A stretch of 64,000 nt of DNA from Antedon mediterranea. Its lineage: Eukaryota; Animalia; Echinodermata. The notes beneath the pieces are model-generated. The model did no database searches and was not told the DNA's origin. It saw only the letters and a list, made by a program, of their open reading frames with translations. Both the position numbers and the translations under genes were made by a program. Positions 37,461 to 50,851 of this stretch are shown one piece after another (within the stretch, counting starts at the first letter, position 1; the number at the start of each line of letters is the position of its first letter). The stretch lies in contig NC_092674.1 of the NCBI RefSeq assembly GCF_964355755.1, positions 29,140,001 to 29,204,000 on the forward strand, in the 5' to 3' direction.

Positions 37461-40400
37461 TTAAACCACTGAATTGTCCGTTTTTTTGTTTAAATAGCGG
37501 AGATCTTTAATAGTAGATGTAAGCTCGGTAAAGTACTTGGAATCAAATGGACGATAGCCAGCCCGTATGCGATCTTCATCCTTCGCCGGTCCCCAATCAT
37601 AAGCAGGTCTCGAAGCCATCAGGATACGCTGACAAAATCAAAATTAAAGAATATTAGAGATAGAGATTTACAGTAAGAATTAAGGTGCAAGATTAGGCCT
37701 ATTCCCCTTTTTTCGATCTTAGTAGTATCCTGTCGCAAGTGATTTGACCAATTATGACGTTATCCATCACCGTTGCTTATGATTGGTCAACTCACTTACT
37801 TACGCTTACGTCATTGCGTTGCTTGGTGGAAAAAATACCGGTACTTGTGCAAGATGTATTATATGCAAATATAAAAAAAAACAAAAAAACTTACCTCACA
37901 CAAACTGTTTCCCTTTTGCTTTGAAGCAATGATTAGACCAACAATGGGTATGAGAGCTACCGACACAAAAGCCAAAAACCATCCCAAAACCTCGGCCCAT
38001 AGAGGGAATGTATAGTCACCATAAACGGCAGGCGCGTAGAACACAAAACTCATTATCAGGATAAACTGGAAAGAGACAGAAAAAGAAAGAATTGCATTGT
38101 TTTAATTCACTAATTCCACTCTGAATCTACATTTTTTCTCAGGTTAGTTTTTATACTAGGACATACACTCTGCATTCTGCTGCATTACGGTTTCGAAGAA
38201 ATTAGTCGTTAGGAAGCTTTCGAATTGCGATGATCTAGGGCTCACGATCTACGCATCTCCTCTAACCAGTTTTTAGGTTCACAGTCGTCGAAAGTTAAAA
38301 CGTTTTCGAATGCATCAACATTTGTGTAGTAATGCTGATAGTATGATATATGTGTTAAAAATCTAAATAACATTAGAGGATACAAAGAAAGAAAATTACG
38401 GGGAAAAGGGGTAAAAGATAAAAGAAAAACAAAAAAATTTGTGTAGGCTACATACTGACTAAATTAGAATACTCAAAATAATCGAGGAGAAATAGATTAC
38501 CATTGTAAAAGTTGGTGTAATGACCTTCCAACATATCCGTAAGAATAATGATGGTTTGTGTCCAACCATAGAAGCAACATCCTTTGAGAAATTGTTTATG
38601 CCTAGAAAAGGGACAACATTAGTCAAAACGGTGATCAATACAATCATTTCTCCTTTTGTTCTAAGAAAATCTGTCTGTTCATCGTTACAGAGAATGTCAT
38701 CTAGGAAAACTGCAATGACAGAATTTATTATTTGAATCATCCAGGTTCCATAACTAGATGGAGATCCTGAGATGATCTGATTCCGGTGTTTTTTGTTTGT
38801 GTCTCTTGAAACAAAAAAACTAGCATGTCAAATATTTCAGTTTTTATGTTTTAACTGCAATATTTTATGATTTTATTTTTTTTAAATTATACATTATTGT
38901 CAGATAGAGGTACAGCAAAAACAATGTGTATGATACGAGTTAAACAAGCGTGTACACTGCAGTAACTGCAGTAGAATATTTAATACGTGGTTACTAACAG
39001 CAGCAATAACATAACATGTAATGTTTAAAACTCTTACCATAAACATAACCGATAACATAGCATTCGAAGACACCAAGAAACATAGGTGTAACACCGGCTG
39101 AGTACCAGTCAAACAGGGTCATTAGGTACACTCCACCCTAGAATGTATCAACACAAAAAATGATTTTCCTTATTCATTTATTTAACATACAAACATATAC
39201 AAAAATAGATAGCAAATGGCAGTGAAAACAAATGCATAACAGTTTATCTTCTTTAATTCATTTTACTGTCCAATTGTGATATAAGTGGTGTATCACATTC
39301 ATACTGCGGCAATCACATTAAATAAACTAAATTAAACAGCCTACGATTGATGATCTACTAGAATAAAATAGAGTTGCAATAGTATAATATAGCCTTTATA
39401 TTTACATCAGTGACAAACGGTATTCCTAGAATGAACCCCGTTAAACAAGATAAAAAGGTGAATTTGTTTTTGTGTTTGATGAAACCTGGATAGTGATAAT
39501 CCACTTCGTCAACTATCGCCGTGATAAAAGTCTCAAAAGTCACAAACTGAAAGTAAATAATATATATATTTTTTACCGCCAAACAAAAGAAATACCCTTT
39601 GTATCGATTATATTGTTTCTGTCTAAAATTGCTGCAGACAGTGTCTTTTTTAATAGTTTAATTAGGTAAAAGTTGGTGTCAGTTTGAGGTAATGTTACGG
39701 CTAAAACGTGGTTCCCACTAGCGACGCAACGCAAGGACGTAACGCAACGTAAGTGAATTGACCAATCACAAGCGATGGCTTATTCGCTTGTGATTGCTAG
39801 CTGTCTATTATTGGTTAAAACGCTTGCGTTGCGTTTACGTCCTTGCGTTACGTTTGAGTGGGAACCAAGCTTTACCTGACTATCAAGACCGAGAATAAAC
39901 AGCATAAAGAAAAATAGAAAAGCCCAAACTTGTGGAAACGGCATTAACGCAATAGCTTCCGGATAGACGATAAAAGCTAGACCAGGTCCTAAAAAACAAT
40001 ATCGGTAATTACGTTAGATATAAGATAACTTTATTTCATCCCAAAACAAGTGAAAATAATGGTGCTTGTCTCATACAAAGAAAAAACACAAACGGAAAAA
40101 AATAAACCATTTTATCCAAAATATAGGGTATATCAATAGCAAGGGTATTAATTGTAAAATGATATTGTTTATTTTACATTTGCCAGGTAGCTTTATGTGA
40201 AAACATGACTTACCAGACGACACAACTTCGCCGACCTCCACTCCCGCGTCTTGTGCCATAAAACCAAGAACAGAAAATATTACAAACCCTGAAAAGAGAC
40301 TCGTGAAGCACCCGCAGGCTACAATACATACTCCAGTCCTGAACAAGAAAAACCATGTAATCAGTACTAACTTTTCCACTTGTGACAACTCGGATATTTC

Positions 40401-42109
40401 ATCGCCGATTTATTCATTATAACCATTAACGGATAATTCATTCAAAGTTAACATTGTAAATAAAAGGTACTGACTTCATAAAATCTTTGTTGAAGTCGTT
40501 GTAGCTGGCTAGTGTTAGCATTCCACCCCATGCCGCAGCAAACGAATAGAACACTTGATTAGCAGCGGCGCGCCATACCTGAAAAATAGTGAGCAGGGAG
40601 TTTAACAACATGAATAAGAAAGTTTTGTACATTTTGTAGATAACTAGTATTAGTTAGATGGTGTATTGACTACTTACCGTTAAATCAAGAACTTTTGAAA
40701 AGTTTGGTTTGATAAAGTACATGATTCCATCGATAGCACCAGGAAGAGTGACACCACGCACAAAGAGAACGGTCAGCAAGACAAATGGAAACGTTGCAGT
40801 AAAATAGACAACCTTTAAAAATAAAAACACAATTTTTATTCAAATTATAACATCTTGCGATGTTGCAAATTCTTGAATATCGATTTTTTAATGCAGGCCC
40901 TACCTTATAAAATAAATATCATTCGCCTCCTCGACGTATACTTACTTTTCCAGATGAATTAACACCACGTATAATGCAAAGATAAACAAGAACCCACGCA
41001 ATAGCCAGGCACAGTAGCAGTTCTAAATTTAAGCTACCAATTTCGTGGAGTCCATCACTTATCCTCAAAACCTTGTTTCTGAAAACAAAAATGACAATGT
41101 TCCTAGCAAACACAGACAGATCCGGCAAGTATACAAAGATAAGTAAAGTACTGTAGTTTTGTAGCCTATATTTCCGGAGTCCTAAAATCTTATTTGAATT
41201 TACTACATAATTTTTCAAATGCATACTCGAAAAATTCTTCACTTGGACTGATAACTTTTGTCGTCAATGTCGTCGTCATTGGCGTAGTCAGATGTGACGT
41301 CACATTGGAGATGTTGAGGCTGCTTCCAGATCGTCTGCAGAGGTTCGTATTCCACTCATTTTCACATCCAATCCAGGGCAGGGTTTTTGACATTGACCAG
41401 TACATGTAGTAGATTGTCCAGGTTATTATAAGAATATAGTAGATGGAACAAAGAAAGCAAATAAGGGTTACCGCATAACCAATTCCTGCAAGAGATTGCA
41501 AAAGTTGCCAAGGATAATAATTATAAGAAAAGTAGATGAAACAAAAAGCAAATAAGGGGCATATTAAAGTTTGATCGTCTTCTAACAACCTCACGACTGT
41601 GTATTTGTGGATAACGCCCCGTTTTCCCATCCACTACTAATACACACACAAGACGCACCTTGGCCAATTTTAATTATTTTTTTCCTGCAGATTATACTTG
41701 ATTAAACGATGCGTTTTCAGAACAAAATTTACCTTTAAAAAGCGGGCTTATCTTCCAGGCAGATATAATTCCAAGACTTGTGAACTGTCCGAGAGAAAGT
41801 TCCATCTGGACCAATGGCAAGCCAGCAAAAATCACCACGGTGATGTAGGGGATCAGGAAAGCTCCTAAAGATACAAGTTATGATCGGTCTAAGAATGTGA
41901 GAAATGAAACAACAGAAAAACAATAACTATCTATTTATTTTTTTCCGATTATAGTATTTTTGAAGAAAATAATACCACTCACCTCCTCCATTGATGTAAC
42001 AGAGGTAAGGAAATCTCCACACATTTCCTAGGCCAATGAAAAAACCAAGAGCTGATAAGAAAAAGTCAAACCTCCCCGTCCAGGATTGCCGTTCGGCATC
42101 TTTTGCCAT
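37461..42109 (-). CDS. SLC6 sodium/chloride-dependent transporter, GlyT-like (paralog A)
   Basis: 13 exons (approx. 42109-41983, 41864-41733, 41426-41228, 41078-40947, 40813-40678, 40578-40476, 40339-40213, 39988-39876, 39547-39405, 39138-39038, 38601-38501, 38065-37895, 37628-37461). Motifs: [67 protein letters not shown]. Ends NSVV*. Confidence 0.93.
39707..39871. mobile_element. PIF/Harbinger-like MITE (gcttggttcccacta family)
   Basis: TIR aacgtggttcccactagcgacgcaacg / gagtgggaaccaagct; internal ttgaccaatcacaagcga. Confidence 0.75.
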
Positions 42110-43260
42110 GTTTTCTAGATTGGCCTAAAAAATAATTTGGTTTTATGCATGTGATAACAAATTATAAAAATCACGTCATACTGTACGTTAAAAGGATCGG
42201 TATTCAATCACCTGGTAACGTCATAGAATCGGTTTTTCCATGACGTCCCTATCTATTTAGGCCTATTTTATGTCATCGTGATTGTTAACCATTGTGCATT
42301 TTGAAAACCCTTAATATTATCTTAAGTGATTTATTATTTATTTTTATTTTATTTTATTTTATGTCTTTAGGCTATCGTTGTATATTGCACATTGTACAAA
42401 TACGTGGTAAAGCATAATCCTATTCTAAATAATACGAAGGAAACTCACCGTATGCTAAACGTATGTTGTTATTTAAAAAATCAGTGAGTGAATGAATATC
42501 TGATAAAGAACCGACGATTCAGCTGGTTGGGCTTTTCCGTAGCCCCATTGGTTACTTATGTCACATGGACTTTAATATTGTGACGTCAAAGTAAAACGTA
42601 AACGTCAAATACGTAAATGTCAACTAATAAACGCGTTTTCAAATGAAAAGAAACAACGTATATTATGGGTACCGTATATAGTATAAATATATACGTCTAA
42701 ACAGTTTAAATAATTATTTCAGAGAGTTTTCCTAAATATTGAATAATCTAGTGTTCTCTTCATTAATAGTCACCAGCACTACAGCCAAGAGTGGCGTATT
42801 GACAAATGCATAAATATTATTGTGTAGGTAAGATTCGAGATGAGACGTTGTTTTCAGCAAGATTAGATTGCCTTTTTTTAAAGAGTATAGTTTTGCGCAA
42901 AGCTATCTGGGAACAGGTCTCTCTCTCTCTTCACTAACGACACACCCTTTCCAATACGCAGCTGCAGGAACCAGGATTTAGATGACCATATGGGGAAAAC
43001 ATTCGATCTATGACGTAAAACATTTGTATGAGCCGTAATCCATTTATTTTACTCAATTTCTTATGCATATAATAATGAAATAAAGTTTATATATAGATTT
43101 TACTTATAGTATTAAGCCTACTATACATGGAAAGGATACATATTCTAAAATACACTAAATATATTTTTGATTTTACAACGTTCTATAGAACATGTTGGTG
43201 CCCGATAATACTAGGCCTATATTAATATCCAATATTTGTATAATTATTGATACATAATTA

Positions 43261-46200
43261 TTAAAGTTTTGTATCCTCGAATACAGCTATATATTCTTTT
43301 CTATTGATTATTGAAACATCTTGTATAAATAGAGAATCTAGGGGTGAATAACCGGCAAACACACGGTCTCCATCTTTCGCTGGACCCCAGTCATCTGCAG
43401 GTCTGGACGCCATTACAATACGCTGAAAAATAAAAGAAAGAAACCCATAATTACCTATTGTTTTAGCTCAAGAGTGACATTGATACCATATTATATTTGC
43501 TTTACAAGGGAAGAGTAACGCTTCATCATCAGGGAAGAGTGACGCTTTAACAGACAAGAGTGACGCTTTACCAGAAAAGAATGACGCTTCACCAGAAAAG
43601 AATGAGGCTTCACCGGAAAAGAATGACGCTTCACCGGGAAAGAGTGACGCCTCACCAGGAAAGAGTGACGCTTCACCATGGAAGAGTGACGCTACACCAT
43701 GGAAGAGTGACGCTACACCAGGTAAGAGTGACTCTTCACCAGGAAAGAGTGACTCTGTTCTTGCTTGCTATACGATTGATGAAATAAATAAATATATCAT
43801 AGGCCTACCTCCCAAACATTAGTCCCTCTCTGTTCCGATGTAACGTACACGCAGAATGCTAGAATGACAAATACAGGCGCAATGCCTGTAAACCATCCAA
43901 ACACTTCAGACCAAAGTGGAAACTTATAGTCGCCATAAACCGCAGGCGAGTAGAATACAAAGCTCAGAACTAATATCAACTGGAAAGAATGAATTTGAAT
44001 AATATAGAATGGATTATTATTAGGCCGTTAACTTTTAACTGTAGGCCTATGTACCTAAGTTTAAACTAAAAAATAGCTCGAGGAACAAACCCATGTTCGT
44101 AATATCGAAGATTAAAACTTTTTTAAGTTCATGACGTCTTATTTCAACATTATTTTATCAACGAAATGAATGAAATTATATATGTCACACATTTTTTTTT
44201 CATTCTTTTCCTCATTCCAATTAAAACGGAAGAAAATCATTGCATTTGCGTTTTTTAATTTGTAATCTAAAATAATACGAAATAATTTGTGAAAATATTT
44301 AAAAATAATCGATAAATACCAAAGTTATATTAGGAGTTATGAATTTCCAGCAGAATTGTAGTGGTCTCCACGGCATGTAACCAACCATAGACTCAATATC
44401 TTTTACAAAACGATCGATTCCTAAAAACATACAAATAAGGAAGTGCAGTTAATGTCGGTTTTCAACTTATACGCATGCGTATTCCATGTTTACATCTTCC
44501 CAATCCCTACCTGTGACGAATTTTTCACTTCAGCGAAGTTTCTACCTTTTCGCTTGTGATTGGTCAACTCACAAGAACGTAAGCGTGACACAAGTAGTTT
44601 GACCAATCACAAGGCAATGGATTATTCGAACTCTCGCTTTCGTGGCGCTTACGTCATTGCGTTGCGTCCTATGAAACCGAGATTAAGCTTGGTTCCCACT
44701 AGAACGTAACGCAAGGACGTAAACGACATAGGCCTAGACAGTTAGCAATCACAAAAGCGAGAGTTCGAATAAGCCATCGCTTGTGATTGGTCAATTCACT
44801 TGCGTTGCGTTACGTCCTTGTGTTGCGTCGCTAGTTGGGGACCACGCTTTTTAAGTGGTTACTTACCGTAAACCCAGCAGATTACATAAGATTCAAAAAC
44901 ACCGATAAATAGTGGAGTGACGCCGGACGAATACCAATCAAGCAGAGTCATTAGATATACGCCGCCCTGGTAAAAAAAAAGGGGATGAGATGAATGTATA
45001 CATGTTTTTGAAAGACTGAGTCGCGATAAAAGCCTACTCATTACCCACTAGGATGCAACACAAGTAATTTGACCAATCACATGCGATTGATTATTCAAGC
45101 TGTCGCTTGTCATCGGTCAACACGATTTTGTGCCGTACTTGCGTTGCTTCCTAGTGCTTGGCTCTCACTTCGACGCAGTAGGCATAACGCAAGTGAGTTG
45201 ACCAATCACAAGCGACAGTTTGGGTAGTCCATCGCGTCGTGATTGGTCAAATAACTTGCTATGTAGCGACGTCATCCTTGCGTTGGGTCCAGGTGAGTAC
45301 AAGCATGATTAGCGACTAGTGGTGTTAATTAACTATATTCCAAAACATCAACAATACTCGGTACACTCTCTTCCTGTGTACTCATTGGTCACATTCCTAT
45401 TATTTTAAAAAGTAATAATAAATAAAGATTACCTCCATAACAAATGGAATTCCAAGAAGAAATGCGAGTATACAATATATAAATGTGATTGTGTGTTTGT
45501 ATTTCGTCAACCCAGCCTCGTCCACGACTGCTGTGATTATGGATTCGATTCCTACAAACTAAGAACAGACCTAATTTTAATTTCAACCATTACAATAGTA
45601 CGATACCGGTATATGTTTTAAATACTATCGCCCACAGACAGAGATGTATCGTATTAAATGTTATTTTTAAGTGACTAAGTTCAATTGAATTGATAATACT
45701 GCGTTATCTTACCTGTGTGTCGAGACCTAAAATAAAAAGCATAAAGAAAAATAGAAATGACCAGAGTTGAGGAAGTGGCATCATTGCGACAGCCTCGGGG
45801 TAAGCAATGAACGCTAGTCCGGGTCCTAGACAAAATAAGATAAATATTTTAATATATCATATCAACAGTGCTCAACAATGTTAACGCTATTTTTCCATTT
45901 GAAAAATATTGTATCATAGGCCTATAGGTAAATTATGTAATAATACCACAACTACTGGAATGTATCGCTATGTGTTATCGTATGTTACAAAGGCGTCTCA
46001 TGTGATAGATATGTGACACTTTATAACAGAACTTTCCTTTTGATGCTGGAAAAATCGGCTATTAAGAAGCACGTCTGTGATTTTGAAAATAACGTTTCAT
46101 CTGCCTACTACCTTCTTTACTCCATTTACTGAGTATTTTTCTTTTTCTTCTTTGTACATATGTTGACAATGATTTCTACCAAATAATGAATGCCATTTTT

Positions 46201-48529
46201 AGAATCTGTGGAATTCATTTCGAGAATGCGTTAGTAAAATTGTATCTCCGTCAGTAAAATGGTGTCTTACCAGATTCTACCACGTCGCTTACTTCCATGC
46301 CGGCATCATGAGCCATAAATCCAAGAATAGAAAAAATTACAAAACCCGCAAAAAAACTTGTAATACAACCAGTAACAACAACCTTGATACCACTCCTTTA
46401 AAACAAAATGAATACAAATTATAAGTATAGTAGGCCTACAATTATATTGTTAAAAAGAAAATAGAATGATTATTTTATTATTATACCTTAGTACGTCTGT
46501 ATTAAAGTCGTTGTAACTTGCTAATGTTAGCATTCCACCCCAGGCAACACCGTAAGAATAGAAAACTTGATTTGCAGCGGCGCGCCATACCTGTAAACAT
46601 GATAGAAAAACAATATTATAAACAGATTAGGAGCATGACATTAAGGATAATGAAGACAAGGAACATAGAAGAATAACACACATGAAAGACCTGAAGGCGA
46701 AAGATATTTTCTTACAAGTTGTTAGACGAATTGACGTTTTGTTGTTAAAAATCAAATAGCAAAATTTTAGTGTTCGACTAGATGGTTGTATAACTATATA
46801 TACATTACTGTTCTTACCGATAAGTTAAGAAGTTTTTCAAAATCAGGTTTGATGAAATAAAAGATTCCATCTAGAGCTCCAGGAAGTGTAACTCCGCGGA
46901 TGAAGAGGACAAACAACACAACAAATGGAAACGTTGCAGTAAAGTATACAACCTTTAAAAGAAAACAGAATTTTAAAAGACATAACATTAACAATAAACT
47001 ACATGACGTTTAAAGTTTAATTTCATTTACCTTTCCTGATGAATGTATTCCTCTTGATATACATATGTAGATAACAGCCCAAGAGATGAAGTAACATAAA
47101 AGGAGCCCAGGACGAACACTACCCATCTCGTGCAGACCACCAGTTGCGCCTAACACTTTACGTCTGAAATGTTTATTTTCAAATTTAGCTTAATTGAACA
47201 ATATTGTGCAATAAGTATGTATTTGTATACTTTTATTAGAAGGCACACTGCAAGAAATGCAGACAAGCAATGTAGAACCATATACTCTTTAAAATTGGTT
47301 CACATTTGAAAGTAACCAAACAGCAAGCAATTTGACCAATCACAACGCGATGGATCATTCGAATTGTCAGTTGTGATTGGTCAACTAAATTGCATGATAC
47401 TCTAGGTGGTCTATGGCATCAAGTTTAAATATTAGTAATTTTATTTAATGTTAAATACGAAAAAAAAATTAAAATATATATTTATGAATATATACGTGAA
47501 GTATTCTTCGCTTGGTCTGAACACTTTTGGCGCCAATGTCGTAAATGAGGTCATAGCTGTCTGGTTGGTGACATTAGCATGCGACACTTCTCCAAATGAT
47601 ACACACAGTTCTGTATTCCATTCGTTATCACACCCGATCCATGGAAGCTCCTTTGACAACGACGCATACATGTAGTAGACGGTCCAAGCAACAACAAGAT
47701 TGTAGTAGAGAGAAGACAGAAAACAGGGGAACACAATCGCATATCCAACTCCTACGATTAAAAATGATTATACTGGTAAGAATCTAGCAAGGTTTCAAGA
47801 AAAGATTAGCTTTCAGAAGTCTACACTACAGTAGTGAAGTTAGGTTTGCGCGGTACACCATCTATTTCCAAAAAGAGATAAAGTGGTTTAGTCCTGGTTT
47901 AGAATGTCTCGATGTTTTCCATCTTCTGGAATCCATATTTGTAACAAACATTAACAGTTTTATTAACAATTAGCATACCTTTGAATAGGGGGCTTATTTT
48001 CTTCCACGCCGTTATAGGTCCTAAACTGGCAAATTGTCCAAAAGCAAATTCTAGTTGAAGCAAAGGCAAACCACAGAAAAGCAACATGGTAAGGTACGGA
48101 ATTAGAAAAGCGCCTGTTAAAATAAAATACAATTATTTTTATAATTGTCAATCACCTGTTTTAAAAGTCTTTATAACATAAAGTTTAGACCCATCGTAAC
48201 TTGAGCAAACTCCAAATTTTATAAGAAAAGTTTTCAACAAGTTTGCTAAGAGTGTGGACTAGGTTGATACACATCGGCAAACTGGCATGGTAAGTGTTTA
48301 GAAGTTAAGCAGTGCACCTTCAAAATAAACTAGTTTGCTGGGGTCTGGGAATTTTTTTTGTAGAGGTCTACATAAAGAAAACATTTTAACATTACATACC
48401 ACCTCCATTGATGTAGCAAAGGTACGGAAATCGCCAAACATTTCCTAGCCCAATGGTATATCCGACGGCAGAAAGAAAGAAGTCAAGCCTGCCTTTCCAA
48501 GACTGACGTTCGCCGCTGGGTTGAGTCAT
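43261..48529 (-). CDS. SLC6 sodium/chloride-dependent transporter, GlyT-like (paralog B)
   Basis: ATG at 48529 ([44 protein letters not shown]). 13 exons in the same layout as paralog A (approx. 48529-48400, 48114-47978, 47751-47496, 47163-47030, 46952-46818, 46590-46488, 46396-46270, 45826-45713, 45558-45433, 44967-44867, 44420-44320, 43979-43809, 43422-43261). Ends EDTKL*. Confidence 0.93.
43505..43757. repeat. 21-bp minisatellite (ggaaagagtgacgcttcacca)n in the last intron of SLC6 paralog B
   Basis: About 12 degenerate copies, read directly. Confidence 0.88.
44530..45305. mobile_element. Cluster of gcttggttcccacta-family MITEs and fragments flanking an SLC6-B exon
   Basis: Intact copy at 44686-44848; degenerate copies at ~44545-44680, 45043-45155 and 45156-45305, all carrying ttgaccaatcaca / tgtgattggtcaa. 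Confidence 0.65.
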
Positions 48530-49516
48530 AGTTATTTACTTAAAACATGCAATAAAACAAAACAAAATTAAAACGAGATAACTTTTACTAATTTATTCAC
48601 ATTTTAAGCTTAGAGTTTGTGAATTTGTTTTTTTCTTCTTTTTGATATGGATGAAATATTTCTGAAATAAAAGAAATTGAATTGAATTGAATTGAAACTA
48701 AAAACTACCAGACATGGCTTTCTTGCCGCCAGCCCATGGTTGTGGAATCGTTTGTCCGATTAAAATGCAGTTCAACGACTATAAAAAGGTGATAGTTAGG
48801 CCTATATATATCTACAGTTAATATTTCTACAATACACACTTACCTAAAGAAGATGCCGTTTAATGCTGAATTAGATGGTATATCAAGCACCTTGTTGTTG
48901 ATAGTACTACAACCGACTACACAGAAGCAACAGCGCAGGTTAAACGAATAGTATGTAAATAAGCTTGAAAACCAGACTCATGCGGGGGACGAGGTTCGTA
49001 ACAACTTAAGATAACAGAACGCGCGATTGCACATTTATGTCGTTCGGTCTCCGACTTAGTTTAACCATGGTCCGGAGGTATAAATACTTCCGGATGGGTA
49101 TGTGTTCAACCAGGGAAAAGTGAAATTACAATATAAATAAATAAATAATTTCACTTTTCCCTGGTTCAAACAAGAAACAATATTTGTGTACTACACTGCT
49201 TACATATTAGCAATATCATTTTTCAATATTGTATAGACAAACTTTATGTCGTAATTGTAGAAAACTTATTATAATTATGAAAATTGTCTTAATAAGAATC
49301 CAGTAACAAAGAATGAAATATGAGAAACTAAAAATGTATCTTTACTGTGTATTTATTAAATAAATTCCCATCAAATCAACAAGTAAAACAAAAGTTAAAC
49401 TAATTTTGCAAACTAGCCCTTATCTATAAATAGTCATTACTAATTAATAATTAAAATATATTAATTATATTTTTTTTCAATATAACCATTTATCAATGTA
49501 CTAATTACAGATTTCG

Positions 49517-49670
49517 GCTTGGTTTCCATATTACCAACGCAACGACGTACGCGCAACTCAAGTGAGTTGACCAATCACAAGCTTGCGCAGTTCGGATAGA
49601 GCATCCATCGCGTTGGGATTGGTCTAGTGCATTTTACGTCCTTCCATTGGTTGAGTGGGAAACCAAGATT
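49517..49670. mobile_element. gcttggttcccacta-family MITE (degenerate)
   Basis: gcttggtttcc ... gtgggaaaccaag with internal ttgaccaatcacaagc. Confidence 0.6.
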
Positions 49671-50851
49671 TAGCCTATAAATATTTACCAAAAGTGAAAA
49701 CCTTTTCCATATAAAAAAGATAATTAACGTTTGCGATATATGTACATTATTTGCTTTGGTCAACTTTATAAAATTATATTATGGCCTAAAGAATATATAG
49801 AATGATTAGCCTACCAACTTTGCAACAATGGAAGACTATCAATAATCATTTACATTATGTAAGATAAAGGTTTGATTAATTATAATAACTCAATTCGTGT
49901 AACTAAAAAACAGGCACAGTACTGTATAGACGGAGAACTTTGTGTATACGATTGATACAGTACAACAAAGCTTCTTTTCTCTTTTTATTTTCACATTCAA
50001 CTCACCAATTACTACAGGATGGTATGAACTCATTTCATCGTGCATTTGAGACTTAAGACTTAATGAGTTACAATTATGGCACTAGGTCACGATTGAACCA
50101 GAAAACGAAACCACATCTCCACTACGAGTTCCAGCCAACCACAACCCATACAATAATTCAACACGTTCGTTCATTTATAACTGCAGAGTGCATCTTGTTT
50201 TTCATGACGTCATGACTTATATTATTTTGACGAATTTTCACCAATAATAATAATAATATCCTGGATTTTTTTATTTTTTTTATACTATAAATACAATTTA
50301 GCCAAGTTTCAAGTTTATTGTTTCACCTCTAAGCGCTGAACATCATAACCCTAGTCATTTTGTGGATCAAACATGTATGGAAACATACTCCCATAATGCA
50401 GCTAGTAATCAGTGCAAAGTTGTGTCTTGATCTAACCGGGTTCCCAATGATACTCAAGAAGTAAAGGTGGATAGAAACATCAATTGCCCTGATATATAAA
50501 ACCACTTATTGTACCACAATAATTATCATCATAATATTGGGTACATTTAACTTCTGTTTAACATACTTTCTTTTTATTGCAAGACAAAACAAACAGAAAA
50601 CTTTAATAATTCAGGGACACAAAGTCAACTAAATCTATTAGTATTTTTGTTACATAATAAATATGATACAATTTTCAAGGTTAGCATCCAATATTCTATC
50701 TGGATGAATTAATTAAACACCATGAAAGAAAAATGATGAGAAGAAGCTTTTATAAAATAAGAGGAACCAGCAATTACTATAAAATATATGACTATCCATA
50801 TAAAGACAAGATGATGATAAACTGTACATATTTTGTAATTCATTTTCAAAT

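Noticed and set aside
43491-43787. Heptad-repeat ORFs on both strands
   Set aside because: 21-bp minisatellite in an intron.
50325-50490. Possible CORE/Meta-type SINE fragment
   Set aside because: Only a vague resemblance, with no A/B boxes; cannot be supported without a database search.
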